DNA of 64,000 nucleotides from Octopus bimaculoides. Lineage: Eukaryota. The position numbers and the translations under genes were made by a program. Positions within the stretch are counted from its first letter, which is position 1. The number at the start of each line of letters is the position of its first letter. The stretch covers positions 43,658,408-43,722,407 of the forward strand of contig NC_068991.1 of the NCBI RefSeq assembly GCF_001194135.2, in the 5' to 3' direction. Below, in pieces: positions 40,407 to 51,886 of the stretch. The notes under the pieces were generated by a model. It was not told the DNA's origin, searched no databases, and was given only the letters and a program-made list of their open reading frames with translations.

Positions 40407-40589
40407 GTACTGGAAGCGTTCTCAAAAGCAGAAGCACGAAAGAAGTGTAACCCAGAGTCAATGTTTGATGATGTCTATGATGTGGTTCCAGATCATATTC
40501 AAAAACAGAGAATGGAAATGAAAATGCATGTTAATCAATACAAAGAACACTATCCTTTAAAATTGTTTGACAAAATGTCAGGTTTATAG
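40407..40589 (+). CDS. BCKDHA: BCKDHA exon 9 (last coding exon)
   Basis: ttcag|GTA...TAG; VLEAFSKAEARKKCNPESMFDDVYD...YKEHYPLKLFDKMSGL*. The nine exons sum to 1332 nt = 443 aa plus stop, in one frame. Confidence 0.96.
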   Translation, partial: VLEAFSKAEARKKCNPESMFDDVYDVVPDHIQKQRMEMKMHVNQYKEHYPLKLFDKMSGL

Positions 40590-40688
40590 CCAGAAAATTT
40601 AGTCTTTTTTTTTTTTTGTATTTTTTTACCAATTTTATTTTGAAATACTTCAAGACAGAGTCTGACGTGATTTCATAAAGTCAAATGA

Positions 40689-40917
40689 AATAAAGTTTAA
40701 AATAGATTTTCACTTTAATCAGTGATTTTTTTTTTTTTTTTTTTTTTTTTTTGAATGGTCAATGGTGTTGTAATCATTAAAAAGAATTAAAATAGTAGGA
40801 AACAATGTTAGCACTTCTGGAAGACATCAACAATAAAAGATATAACATATCAAAATTCTGTCATTTTGCATGGAAAAACATGGAAAAATTTGGGGAAAAA
40901 AACTAATGAAGAATAAA
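40689..40917 (+). terminator. Candidate BCKDHA polyadenylation signals
   Basis: AATAAA at 40689-40694 and 40912-40917, downstream of the stop, with a long T tract between them. Confidence 0.4.
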
Positions 40918-41913
40918 GGTGTAATTAAACTGTTGCAACCTCAGAGTATACAATACTTCTGATAATATAAAATATGCTGCTACACACATGCACACATACA
41001 TGCATGTGTATTATTTTATTGCTTTCAGTGATCAGGTTTGCAGATGGCTGGGAGCCTGCTTTTAAGATAATTTTATCAATTTTAGTACTTACTTGTTTGA
41101 ATTTCATTGATTGATATTTATTAAATCACAAAGTCAAGTTTTTTGATACTACTCTTGGTTTAACAACCATAAACATGAACACAGAAATAAAAATACTTAC
41201 ATGCATGTGTTTTCTTTGTGCATTTTTCAAGATGTTAGTTAATTGTAGGCTGCATTTGAAGATGGTTGCTCAGTTTGTTGGGCAGTGGGATCAAACTGGG
41301 ACTACATGCTTGTGAAACCAACTTAACTACATAACTATGTCTGTGCATTTATTATAATGCAATATATGTATACACACATACGTACACATATATATGCAGG
41401 TATGGCTATGTGGTTATGTGTTTGTTCCTACTGCATGGATGTTCTCTGCTGATGTCTTCAATACCCACCAATGAGGGGAGTTTGGTAAATGGAAATTATA
41501 AGATGCCTGTTTGTGTGCTTTTGTGTGTGTGTTTTGTCTTTCATCTTGTGTTGACACATGCATGCTAATTCTTAAGCCACTATCAAACTAATGGTATCCT
41601 TTGTGAAAGCATGTCCAACCAATAAGCTAGTCATTGTTTGAAGGATTAGGGGAAATATTTGATACGAAGAGTATCTGGCATAACAATTTTCGTTAGATCT
41701 ATGTAAGCATGAAAAAGTATTAAAATGATGAAAAAATATTATTTAAATTTATGGAAACATATAGTTCTAAGAAGCACAGTAGACTTGTATAGACTACATG
41801 TCTATACAAGATACTTTTTCAAGATAGATACTGCAGTATTCTGGCTTAAATGTACAGATGGCTATTCAGTATTAATGCTGCTTCAGTCACTAATTATAAA
41901 CAATATATATATA

Positions 41914-42542
41914 TCTGTAATAATAAATGGCAAGTTTGTGTGTTTGTGAATTTGTTACTTTAACTCCTCCGACACTATCCAACAGACCTTGATGAAACTT
42001 GACGTGTGTAGAGCTTATGCCCATGTGGTCACTTACATACTTGCAATTTTTTAAAAATTGATTTTTTAAAAATTGTAAAATTTCAGCATTTTTCACACTA
42101 GCCACTGTAACTTCAACAGACAGCTTATTAACAGTAATCTATTAAGCATTTGCTAATTCTTCATTGTAATGGGAATTGTTTTGATTTGCTAAAACTTACT
42201 ATTTTAATTCATTGTTTTAATTCCCCAGTGTTTCAGGATTTGATTAGGTAAGACCATTTTATTTCTCAAGCAAAATTTAAGCATTTTGCACACTAGCTGT
42301 CATGACATCAATTTGACGAAATCTGCCCCAAAGCATAAAATTTCACCATTTTACGCACATGCACCAAAATGACAGCACAGGTTCGCTACCAGACTCTGCT
42401 CATTTTTTCAAAGTCAAATTGGTCCCACCCATTAATATAGATTTTAATCTTTTTGGAAAATGTTGAAATTTGGCAAAAAATGTTTCATGGCTATAAACAG
42501 ACATCTTATTAATGGTAATTTTTTACTGGGTACCTCAGCTAG
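41914..42542 (+). mobile_element. Non-autonomous Helitron-like element
   Basis: Begins A|TCTGTAATAATAAATG followed by tgtttgt repeats; ends ...gggtacctcagCTAG|T (TC...CTAG termini, A|T target, no TSD). Confidence 0.6.
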
Positions 42543-42975
42543 TATATANNNNNNNNNNNNNNNNNNNNNNNNNNNNNNNNNNNNNNNNNNNNNNNNNNNN
42601 NNNNNNNNNNNNNNNNNNNNNNNNNNNNNNNNNATATATATATATATAATAGATAGAAGTAGTGTTATTTTGAATGAAGTAGTATAACAGTTAACTGATA
42701 CTTAGAATTCCATGTGTAGCCAAATTTCAATCCAGTATTAAACATTATTTGTCCTGTGATTTTGGTTTGATATTATATACATTTGAATAACTGACAGCTT
42801 GTATATCTGACGGCAGAATAAAACAGAATTATTTTATGTTTTTATGACATCATAAATTATGTAATCCTTACACTTGCAAATATTAGAAGGTTATACAGAA
42901 ATCATTACACTGGTGATTGCATAAACACCAGATCTTCAAAAGAATACTGTAATTCAATCAATTATTCCTGTTCTA

Positions 42976-43047
42976 TATGGCATAGTAGTTAAGAGCGCAG
43001 CTACTAACACCAAGATTCCAAGTTTGATTCCAAGCAGTGACCTGAAC

Positions 43048-43078
<31 letters not shown>

Positions 43079-43215
43079 TCGAAAAAAACCCATAGGAATG
43101 AGAACACAGGTTTGAAATTTCCCCAAGACACCTGATGAAGGCTGGAGGGTATATCAGTCAAAACATTAACAACAAACAAGATGAGGACAAATATTCGTCA
43201 AATATAAATAATGTC
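42976..43215 (+). mobile_element. tRNA-headed short element with internal (AAT)n and a decayed hammerhead-like motif
   Basis: A-box-like TGGCATAGTAG (~42978), B-box-like GTTTGATTCC (~43022), CTGATGA-A-GGCTG-loop-CAGTC-AAAAC at 43132-43164. Confidence 0.55.
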
Positions 43216-43402
43216 AAGCAATTATTATTTACCAATATAGCTTGTTTAACAGTGCTAAAGTACAGTTGTGTATAAATGTAAGGGAGAATTATTTTTGCAG
43301 TAGTTGAGAAAAGGAAAGCTATTATTTTTATCAGTGTTATTCTGCTCTCAGAATAACATTGTATCTTCCAAATTCACTCACAAAGCCTTGGTTGGCCTAT
43401 GA

Positions 43403-44020
43403 CATGGGTCACCAAACTATGGCCCGCGACATCAATTTGTCTGGCCCACTGTCGTATGCTGAATAAAACAAACATGCTTTTATACTGCTTCTTACACTAC
43501 TTAGATTATGCCTGTCGTATGTATACTGAGTCAGTCACATCATGCACTATGTATTTCACGCGCCATAATAATTACTACAGTACATCATGTATGCCTCGGG
43601 CTAGTCAGTTATTAGTGATTACAATTAAAATGAGAATATCTGACGCTGAGGCCTAAGACTGCTTTTGTTTTTTCTTCACCCATCGTTATGGCTACTAAGA
43701 AGAGAAAGGTTGATGATGAATGTCGCATTTTCAATAAAGAATGGGGAGAAAAGTACTTCTTTGTGGAAACAAATGACCAGAAAGCTAGTTGCCTGATATG
43801 CAACGAAAGTGTTGTTGTAATGAAAGATACAATATTTGTTGTCACTATGAAGCAAAACATCTCTCAACACATTCTAAATATTCTGGAAAGTTGCAGTCCG
43901 AGAAATTTGAATCTATGAAACATAGTTTAGAATCTCAAAGGAATTTCTTTATGAAAATGAATCTATCACTCGTGTAAGTTACAAAATAATGAATAAGTTG
44001 GCAGAGTGAGAAAAACCATA
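43403..44020 (+). mobile_element. hAT (Charlie/SPIN/Buster-like) transposon 5' fragment
   Basis: Terminus CATGGGTCACCAAACTATGGCCCGCG; frameshifted MATKKRKVDDECRIFNKEWGEKYFFVE...CLICNESVVVMK/YNI..HYEAKH (BED zinc-finger-like region). Confidence 0.8.
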
Positions 44021-46014
44021 GTAGAAAAACCATTTCTTTTCTCATCTGATTCTGTTATAAGAGATCCTTCACAAAGAAAGCTTCAAAAGGGCTGATGCTG
44101 TTTGAGGGCTAAGTTCTTAATCTAGTAGTTTAATGTTGCTTATGAACTGTTTATGTTAAGACTATGGTTCTGTAGTGGCTAATTTAAATCAAACAGCAAG
44201 TTTACCAGCTGATGGCTAATGGAACCACAACAAACAGACAACTACTTATTACATGCATAAATTAGTTCTCAAAAGATATGGATTGTGACTACCACATCTT
44301 CAATTTTATATTTTACACATGATACTGAGAGTCTAAAAAGATTTTTACAAGACACTATTATATTTGGATGTGAGCTTGTTGCAATCAGAAAGCCAAAGAA
44401 TCATTAAATCACTGCTTTAGAAGCAATATTTGAATATTGCTTCTATAGCAGTGATTTAATGATTATTTAATTTCTTTTCTTTGTTATGGAGGAAGTGCAA
44501 CTCCTATAACCTTTTGTAAAACCTCCAACACTGGTGGGAGAGAAGGGGAGAAAGCAACTAGGACACATGGGTTGCTACAGTAGAAAGCAGTGCATCAAGA
44601 ATTTGAATTTTTCTCAAACTAGAAACCTGGTTAGACTACTTGCAACAGTAAAACTAAAGGCAGCCAAAAGCCAGATGGTGGTACTAAAATGGGTAACAGA
44701 TAAAGTACTCCATCCCATAATATGGAACAACCAGAGGAGATTTTGCACAGTTTTTGCCCATCAAATTTCACTTACAGGACTTGGGTTGGCCTGAGGCTAG
44801 GGTTGAAAACACCAAAACAATTATGATACCATTCAGTTTTGCTGCCAAATATAGTGATGTTATAGGTTCATGTGGCAAAACAGATTTTCCAACGGTTTTT
44901 TCTAGTAAGATATGTAGCAATCTTCTCTACCTGCAGTTATCACATTCGGTTAAAATGTCTTACAGTTAAGTCGGCTCTTATGAATTTCCCTGAAGAGAAG
45001 ATTACATCTTTATCAACATCACTCATTCCTTTGGAAGAAACCATTTGTAATCTTCGAAACATATGTCGGAAATAAAAGAATTCATTTAACATATGCGTAA
45101 TACTCCATTTATTAAATTTATATATATATATATATATATAAGATTGTTATTTAAATTATCAATCATATTAAGTGGCCAACATGGGAATAAAAACCTTATA
45201 GGTAATAATTATTATTAAAATTATAATTAAGGATATCTTTTAGATACCCATAATTATAATATATATATATGTATGTAGTGGGTTGTGCAGGCATGGCGTG
45301 GATTCGATCCTCAATCGCCAAATTTAACTTAACAGTAGAACGGACTTTTCCCATTGGGAAACATTAAGTTGACAGCAGTTACATTTGCCAGATGCCTTAA
45401 CTGAGCAGAATATCTTTGCTACTTGACCTCTGCTGACCTTTTTGCATGTGGGGGAGAGTTTAATTGATAGAACAATAGACCTACCCCACAAAATTACCCA
45501 TTGTTTGGATAACGGTATGTCTCTCTCGCGATAATTATATATACAGAAGATTTCCAAGCAAAAGTGGCCAAAAGGAGATGACAGAGAGGCGACCACAGGC
45601 AAAATCCAGTTAGCGAGATAATTCAACTGAGAGAACGCTTACCAGTGAGAATGTGAACTATGATACAGTGTCTTATTATAATACCACTGCTGTTCAAATG
45701 TCAGGCACCATGAAGGTATTATTTTATCGAATCCCTACATTTGACATTCACTCTATCTTCCTCTAATTCCTAGTTGGGCAGCGAGCAGTTGACCAAACAT
45801 AACCAGCATCAACATACAAGAAAAGATAAATCTATTGTTTTTATATGATACACACACTTGTCCGTCGGGGTAAGATATTATACTACGTAACGGTGAATAA
45901 ATATTTCCTTAAAACTTCGATCGCTGTTCTTCTTGCATCTTGCATACTGGCAACCAGCACCTTAATACAACCGTTACAATTGGTGACCCTCAACTGCAAC
46001 GAAGAACTAACCGT

Positions 46015-46180
46015 TACACAGACACACACATATACGATGAGGGTTCCAATTGATCAATTCAACGGAACAGCCTGCTCGTGGAATTAACGTGCAAGTGGCT
46101 GAGCACTCCACAGACACGTGTTCACTTAATGTAGTTCTCAGGGAGATCCAGCGTAACACAGAGTGTGACAAGGAAGCCAC
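46015..46180 (-). mobile_element. Partial copy of the SINE seen intact at 63648-63966
   Basis: gtgcaagtggctgagcactccacagacacgtg...gacacagagtgtgacaagg shared with 63720-63810. Confidence 0.75.
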
Positions 46181-46468
46181 AGGAAAAAAGAGTGAAAGAG
46201 TACACCAAGATCTTTCTGATTTGGCGGACACCATTTGTTTTCCAACGAAACACTTTCAAACTTGGGACACTGGTAGAATGTGTCATATAAAACATCTTCA
46301 CAGCAGAGGAGAAAGCAATAAAGCACTCCACAGAGGCAATAAGGACAGCGGAATGAGTGCTCTTGCCTTCGTGCTGCGGCAAACGTGTAGCCAAGGTGCG
46401 AGTGAGTAAGGTGCCATCCGAACTGAAACTTTAAACACATGAACGCACTATACGATCAGGTAATCAGT

Positions 46469-46619
46469 ATGCGTGCGCGCAACGACCGGAAGTTGTAATG
46501 GACTAGTATCGAAGGATCGCCCCGTAACCTGAGGTACCTGTAACGCTGGAGGGAGTGTATCCGTAAATATTTCAATAGATTTATCTCCCTTTATTTTAAA
46601 AACGAAAACTACCGGAAGT
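46469..46619 (+). promoter_or_regulatory. EIF1AD proximal promoter motifs: two ETS/GABP-type sites and an NRF1-like site
   Basis: ACCGGAAGT at 46485-46493 and 46611-46619; ATGCGTGCGCGCA at 46469-46481; CpG-retaining context 110-260 bp upstream of the ATG. Confidence 0.55.
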
Positions 46620-46731
46620 CAAAAAGATTACCCACAATCTTTTACTTTCTACGTATCCGTTGTCTTGTTTGTCTCGCACATGTTTATTTACATCATTTTC
46701 GAGTCGTTTGGACTGTTAGCGTGAAAAAAAA

Positions 46732-46818
46732 ATGACTCATATAACTAAACGGAAATATGTGGCAAATGAATTACTCTACGAATTTGTTCTTCCAGAAAGC
46801 CATCAATACATAGTTAAG
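46732..46818 (+). CDS. EIF1AD: Probable RNA-binding protein EIF1AD, exon 1
   Basis: MTHITKRKYVANELLYEFVLPESHQYIVK|gtaagt; 87 nt, phase 0; matches the EIF1AD N-terminus (..TKRKHV..QIV.) as I recall it. Confidence 0.93.
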
Positions 46819-47885
46819 GTAAGTATTCATTTAAAAAGAGAAACCCATCTAATTTTCATTTTCACTTGTGTCATAGCAACATCGCAGCCCGTCCCCTTCC
46901 TGCATGTGACGGAGGTAGGAATCAGTGGATATTGCTGAACATCTAGTATGGCATTTTAATGACTGGCTATGCCAATCACTAGAAAAATTATGAAAGTGTG
47001 TTAATATCTTTGTTCCTTAAGTTGGAATTTCTCCGTTTTTTGTTGCGATTTTCCATTTTGTTTTTGCATCCCGCATTTGGCGACGGTAAAGAATACGCGC
47101 ACCACCCGTTTTCGGCGTTCAGGGTTAGTGTTACATCGAAAACGGCTTGTGTGCGTATTCTTTACCTCCGTCCCACATTTCAAAACAAGCAAGGGTGAGC
47201 CTTAAAAAAAATTGTTGGTCTGTTATCATTCATTTCATGACAACTGGCAATCAGCTATTTTAGGGTTTTTTTGTTTTTGACAACTTTGCTTTATAAACCT
47301 TCTGGCACATTGCCTCATTATATTAGACTATTTCATATCGCCTGCTTAGCCAAATCTTAGCAATGTTTCGTTATGGATATCAGAATAACGAAACTTTGCT
47401 CGGAAGGCAGTATACACTACACTGGCTTGTACATTATCTTGAATGACTTTGTTTCAGCGTATGCTGCAGAAAAACTTTATTTTCCATCTTAAATAATCCA
47501 ATATTCCTTGGTAGTTCAGTACAAGCTGTGGTTTAGATTTGAAACCGCGTCAGTATAATAAACAATGGCCTTGATACATTAGGTGATCTTGGCCTAATTG
47601 TTAGCCAATAGTACTTCAGCTCAGTCATTTAATCGATAGAAAATTCCGCAAGTTTTCTACCAAAACATGGTCATTAATTGAGATGCATGCCAAACTTTTG
47701 TGGGCAGAGGGATAAGATGCGTGCAACTTGCCAGCATCCCAGAGAGGACAGGCGAACAAGATTCTTAGTCAGCTGCTCGACATCAGGTTAAAAGAATCAC
47801 TTGTCTACCATGAACGTAATATCCTCACTTCTCCAAACACTGACACAGGACCTTCCGGATCTTTCCCTTTGAACAGCACATCGAG

Positions 47886-48712
47886 AAATTAATTTTTGTA
47901 GCTAAACACTTTCAAACTTCGGACACTGGTAGAATGTGTCATATAAAACATCTTTTACTCTTAGTGTTGTTGAGAAAGGTTTATATTTTAAAAGTTGTTT
48001 CGTGTTAAAGTTGTCGTATTTCGGTAATTTCAACCAATCAATGACTTGTATTCAGCTGAATAAAATCACTGCTGTTGTTTGTCAACAACAACTATCGGCG
48101 GTGTATATTTCGTGTGTCACTGTTACTTATGACATCGTTCGTGCGTTTATACTGGTTTTAGCTTTAGGGTTTTAGAGTGAGGGTTAGGGTTTTAGGCTCA
48201 GGGTTAGGGTTGGGGTTTTAGAGTCAGGGTTAGGGTTAAGGATAGGGTTTTAGGTTCAGGGTTAGGGTTAGGGTTGTAATTTTAGGGTTAGAGTTACGGA
48301 AAAATGAAGAAATTGGAGGGGAATGTCTTTCCGAAAATAGTAGCCGAAAAACTAGGAAAAAAAAACAAACTAAAAGCAGAAATGCACGAACGATTGTGGT
48401 GGTGCCATGAAGTAAACATGCTTCAGATACACTCGTTTATTCATACAAACGTAACAGATGAAATATGTCATAAATAACAGTGACAAACGAAATATACACC
48501 GCCGGAAGTTGTTGACAAACAACAGCAGTAATTGTTTTCACCTCAATAGACGTCATTGGTTGGTTGAAATTACCGAAATACGACAACTTTAACACGAAAT
48601 AACTTCGAAAATACACAATTTTCTCAAAAACGCCAAGAGTAAATGACGTTTTATGTGACACATTCTACCAGTATACGAATTTTGAAAGTGTTTGGTTACA
48701 AAAATTATTTTT
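47886..48712. mobile_element. Foldback/MITE-like element with ~270-bp inverted arms and a TTAGGG-rich spacer
   Basis: 47886-48155 is an imperfect reverse complement of 48435-48712; degenerate TTAGGG repeats at 48157-48296; single arms also at 46245-46300 and 49040-49215. Confidence 0.8.
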
Positions 48713-50340
48713 CAAATGTGCTGGCCAAAGGGAAAAAATCCACCCTAAACCTTAAATACTGGGTGTACGTATTCTTTACTTTCGCCACAAATTGTTTTCT
48801 TGAAAACTTCAAATGGTCTTGGTTTTAATGAGTAACAATACACAGCTTATCCAAGTAACCGAAATACCCAAACACCCATTGAACAAGTTCTAGAAACATT
48901 TCCGCATATGTATGCAACACATCTTATGGCAGCGAGCACATTTACCTTTGGTAAATTTCGATACTTTAACATGCACTATTTTCACTAAGAAAAAAAACTC
49001 GGATTTTGGATCTATTTTAAAACGGGGGCCACAGTATTTTCTTAACGAAACACTTTGAAACTTGGAACACTGGTAGAATGTGTCATATAAAACATCTTTT
49101 TTCTCTTAGACTTCTTAAAAAGAAAAAGAAATCCTTAAGTTATTCCATGTTAAAGTTGTCGTATTTCTGTAATTTCAACCAATCACTGACGTCCATTCAA
49201 CCGATATACATTAAGTGCCGACTACATAAACAAACGATTCTGAAACAATTCTATCGGTGATAAAATTATTATTTCCTTGTCAAAAAATGGCTGAAGCATA
49301 TTGGCAGTAGCTAATAAACCTTTCTATTATAGGCTAACCCTAACCCTAGGGTTAGTGTAAAACAGCAAATTTAAAAAGAAAAAAGCAAATAAAACGAAGC
49401 TATGGAGATTAAATACGCTTTACACCGCGTAATCAGCCAAAGGAGTAAATGTAAACAACTGAAATGGCTACTGGTCAGAATTATAAATTCATTCTATGTT
49501 AATGATGAAATTCATATAGAGTATAAGCATCCTTTATATTGTTTTAAAATAGTTCATTTTATTTTAGTATTGCTATCCTTAATATTTCTTCATTTATTTA
49601 AAGTGAACTTTAGGTTTTCTTTACTTTGCTACTGTTTTGTATACTATATTTTGTCTTATAGTTGATATAGTAAATGCAGTAGTTTTCTAATTTCACTTGA
49701 TTAAGTAATAAATTTCTATGTAATTCACTTTGCTGTTAATCATTTTACCATTAAAGAATTTCATTATTGTTTGAAAGTGAAAAATATCTCACTCTTTGAA
49801 TTTTTTGTAGTATCTCATCATCATTTGACATTCATTTTCTTTGCTGGCATGGTTGGGTGGTTTGACAGGAGCTGGTAAGGCCAAGGGTTGCAACAGGCTC
49901 CTTTGTCTGTTTTGGCTTGGTGGTTTTAACATTGCATCAACACCAGTGCTTTTTACATGACACCAGCACTGACATGGTTACCGAGTAACTTGCAAACACA
50001 CGCACACACACACTAAAATATATATAGTATTTTGAACAAGAGTTTAGTGTCACCATCTCTAGCTGAGTGGGGATACTGAACTCCCTTGTTCAAAAATATA
50101 AGGACGCAGATAGTGCATCAATAGCCAGCCGGAGACAATGTTTCCTGGAGCTAAATAACTGTAACATTTGTCCTAACCAGGACTGCCACATTATGTTGGT
50201 AAATGATCTTTACTCTAGAGTACTGTTACTGAATGCTTCTTGTTCAGAGAAATAATAATTTTTCTATTTATGAGATCAGTGACTTTGGAAAGTATATATT
50301 TCTAAGAGTTTAGTGTCACCATTTCTACCCAAACAATTAT

Positions 50341-50386
50341 TCTGTGCTGATGAGGAGAAATAACCCAGAAACCATTGGTACACGGA
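50341..50386 (+). ncRNA. Minimal type I hammerhead-ribozyme-like motif (stem II damaged)
   Basis: TCTGTG-CTGATGA-GGAG aaataa CCCA-GAAA-CC att GG-TA-CACGGA: core, stem III, GUA triplet and stem I are all present. Confidence 0.6.
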
Positions 50387-50538
50387 TATTGCTATAGATA
50401 TTATCTAACTTAAGAAAAGGGATTTCATGCAGTGTAATCATTAATTTGTAACTTGATTAACCGCATATATGTGGTTTGAATTCTATAAATGGGCTTGCAT
50501 GAAAAATCTTATCAGTCAATTTAATATCTACTTTTCAG

Positions 50539-50647
50539 GTGAAACACTGTCGTGGTAACAACTTGCATGAAGTTTGGAATGAAAAGGGAGAAGAACTTCT
50601 TGTCAGCATGCCACCAAAGTTTCGAAACCATTTTTACATCTTAAAAG
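50539..50647 (+). CDS. EIF1AD: EIF1AD exon 2 (S1/OB fold)
   Basis: ttcag|GTG...AAAG|gtttg; VKHCRGNNLHEVWNEKGEELLVSMPPKFRNHFYILK; contains GNNLHEV and LVSMP.K.R; 109 nt, phase 0/1. Confidence 0.95.
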
Positions 50648-51720
50648 GTTTGATTTAAATGCTCAGTTAAATTTTGCAATATAAACTTATTAATTTTATA
50701 TTTTGTGACTTTTAAAATCTTAGATGCATTTTTTTTTTTTTTGGAATTAGGAATCAGAAACTTATATTATGACATATTTTTAAACAAGATAACATCTAGA
50801 ATCCAATGAAATTGCACATCGTCTCCATTGACAACAATTGGTCAATAAGTTCAATTTCTGTGAAGACTGTAAAATCTACTGTTTTGGGCATTGCTCTTTG
50901 TCTGACAATGAGGAAAAAGAAAAAAAAACATTATTGTCACTTAGGTTGTAGGCAATGAGAATAATTTTATAATAATCTTTAGACAGATTAATGAAAAGAA
51001 TTCTCACCTATAAGATACATTTGTAGGCTGAAAATAAAAGGCTTTAATAAGAAATACAATTAGGTGCTCATTAGTGATAGCTCCATATTGTAGTGCCTTA
51101 AACTAAGAAACTAAGGCTTTACTTGGAAAATGTTGCAGTAGAGGTTGTTGTGTCTTGGGCAAGTCATTATGCCAATAAAAACAACACCACCACAGGTTCA
51201 ATTTCACTCCTTTATTATTAGTTAATTGGTTACATATAACTAATCAATTAACTAATTGATTGTTTAACATGTTGGTTAGACAATCAGCTGGTTGTTTGTC
51301 TGTCAAAGTTCTTTCATTGCTGTTTGCAGCCTTTTTAGTGACCCATGACTCCCAACTCACTCCAAGGTTTGCTAGCATAATTATTCAGACATAAGATTTG
51401 TTTCAAATTCACATCAAGAATCTTGCAACTCAATACAAAAACAAAATGAGTTGCAGTAGATATTTTTGTTTTAAAATATATTTTTATTATACAATAGGTG
51501 CTTCCCTACTATATGATTCTGGGACCAGTTCCATTACATGGTACTGTGAGCAACTGTTTTCTGCTACAATTCCCATCTACCAAATCCTTGTGAGTGGATT
51601 TGATAGCTGGGAATTGAATGAAACCTATTTTGTGTGTGTGTATATACATATATATATATAATGATAGATCGCTAGCCACTACACATTTTTTAGTTTCTCT
51701 CCCTGTTTCTTTCTGTGTCC

Positions 51721-51756
51721 CTTTCTGTGGAAGAGCATAGGCTCGAAACGTTAAAG
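51721..51756 (+). ncRNA. Minimal hammerhead-like motif in a Penelope-type terminal-repeat fragment (about 51660-51840)
   Basis: CTTT-CTGTGGA-A-GAGC atag GCTC-GAAAC-GTT-AAAG: perfect stems I and II, core A6 replaced by T. Confidence 0.45.
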
Positions 51757-51849
51757 ACTTTTTGACTTCCCGAGCATTAAACTAACACATCTGTTTGTTG
51801 TCCACACCACCCGTCTTTGTCTTTTTGTAAATTCTCCCTATATATATAA

Positions 51850-51886
<37 letters not shown>

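Noticed and set aside
40575-40589. C-terminal -SGL as a peroxisomal targeting signal
   Set aside because: It is not a canonical PTS1 tripeptide, and the protein has a mitochondrial presequence.
48157-48296. True interstitial telomere or chromosome-fusion scar
   Set aside because: The repeats are degenerate, single-orientation and enclosed by the inverted arms of a dispersed repeat, so they belong to that element.
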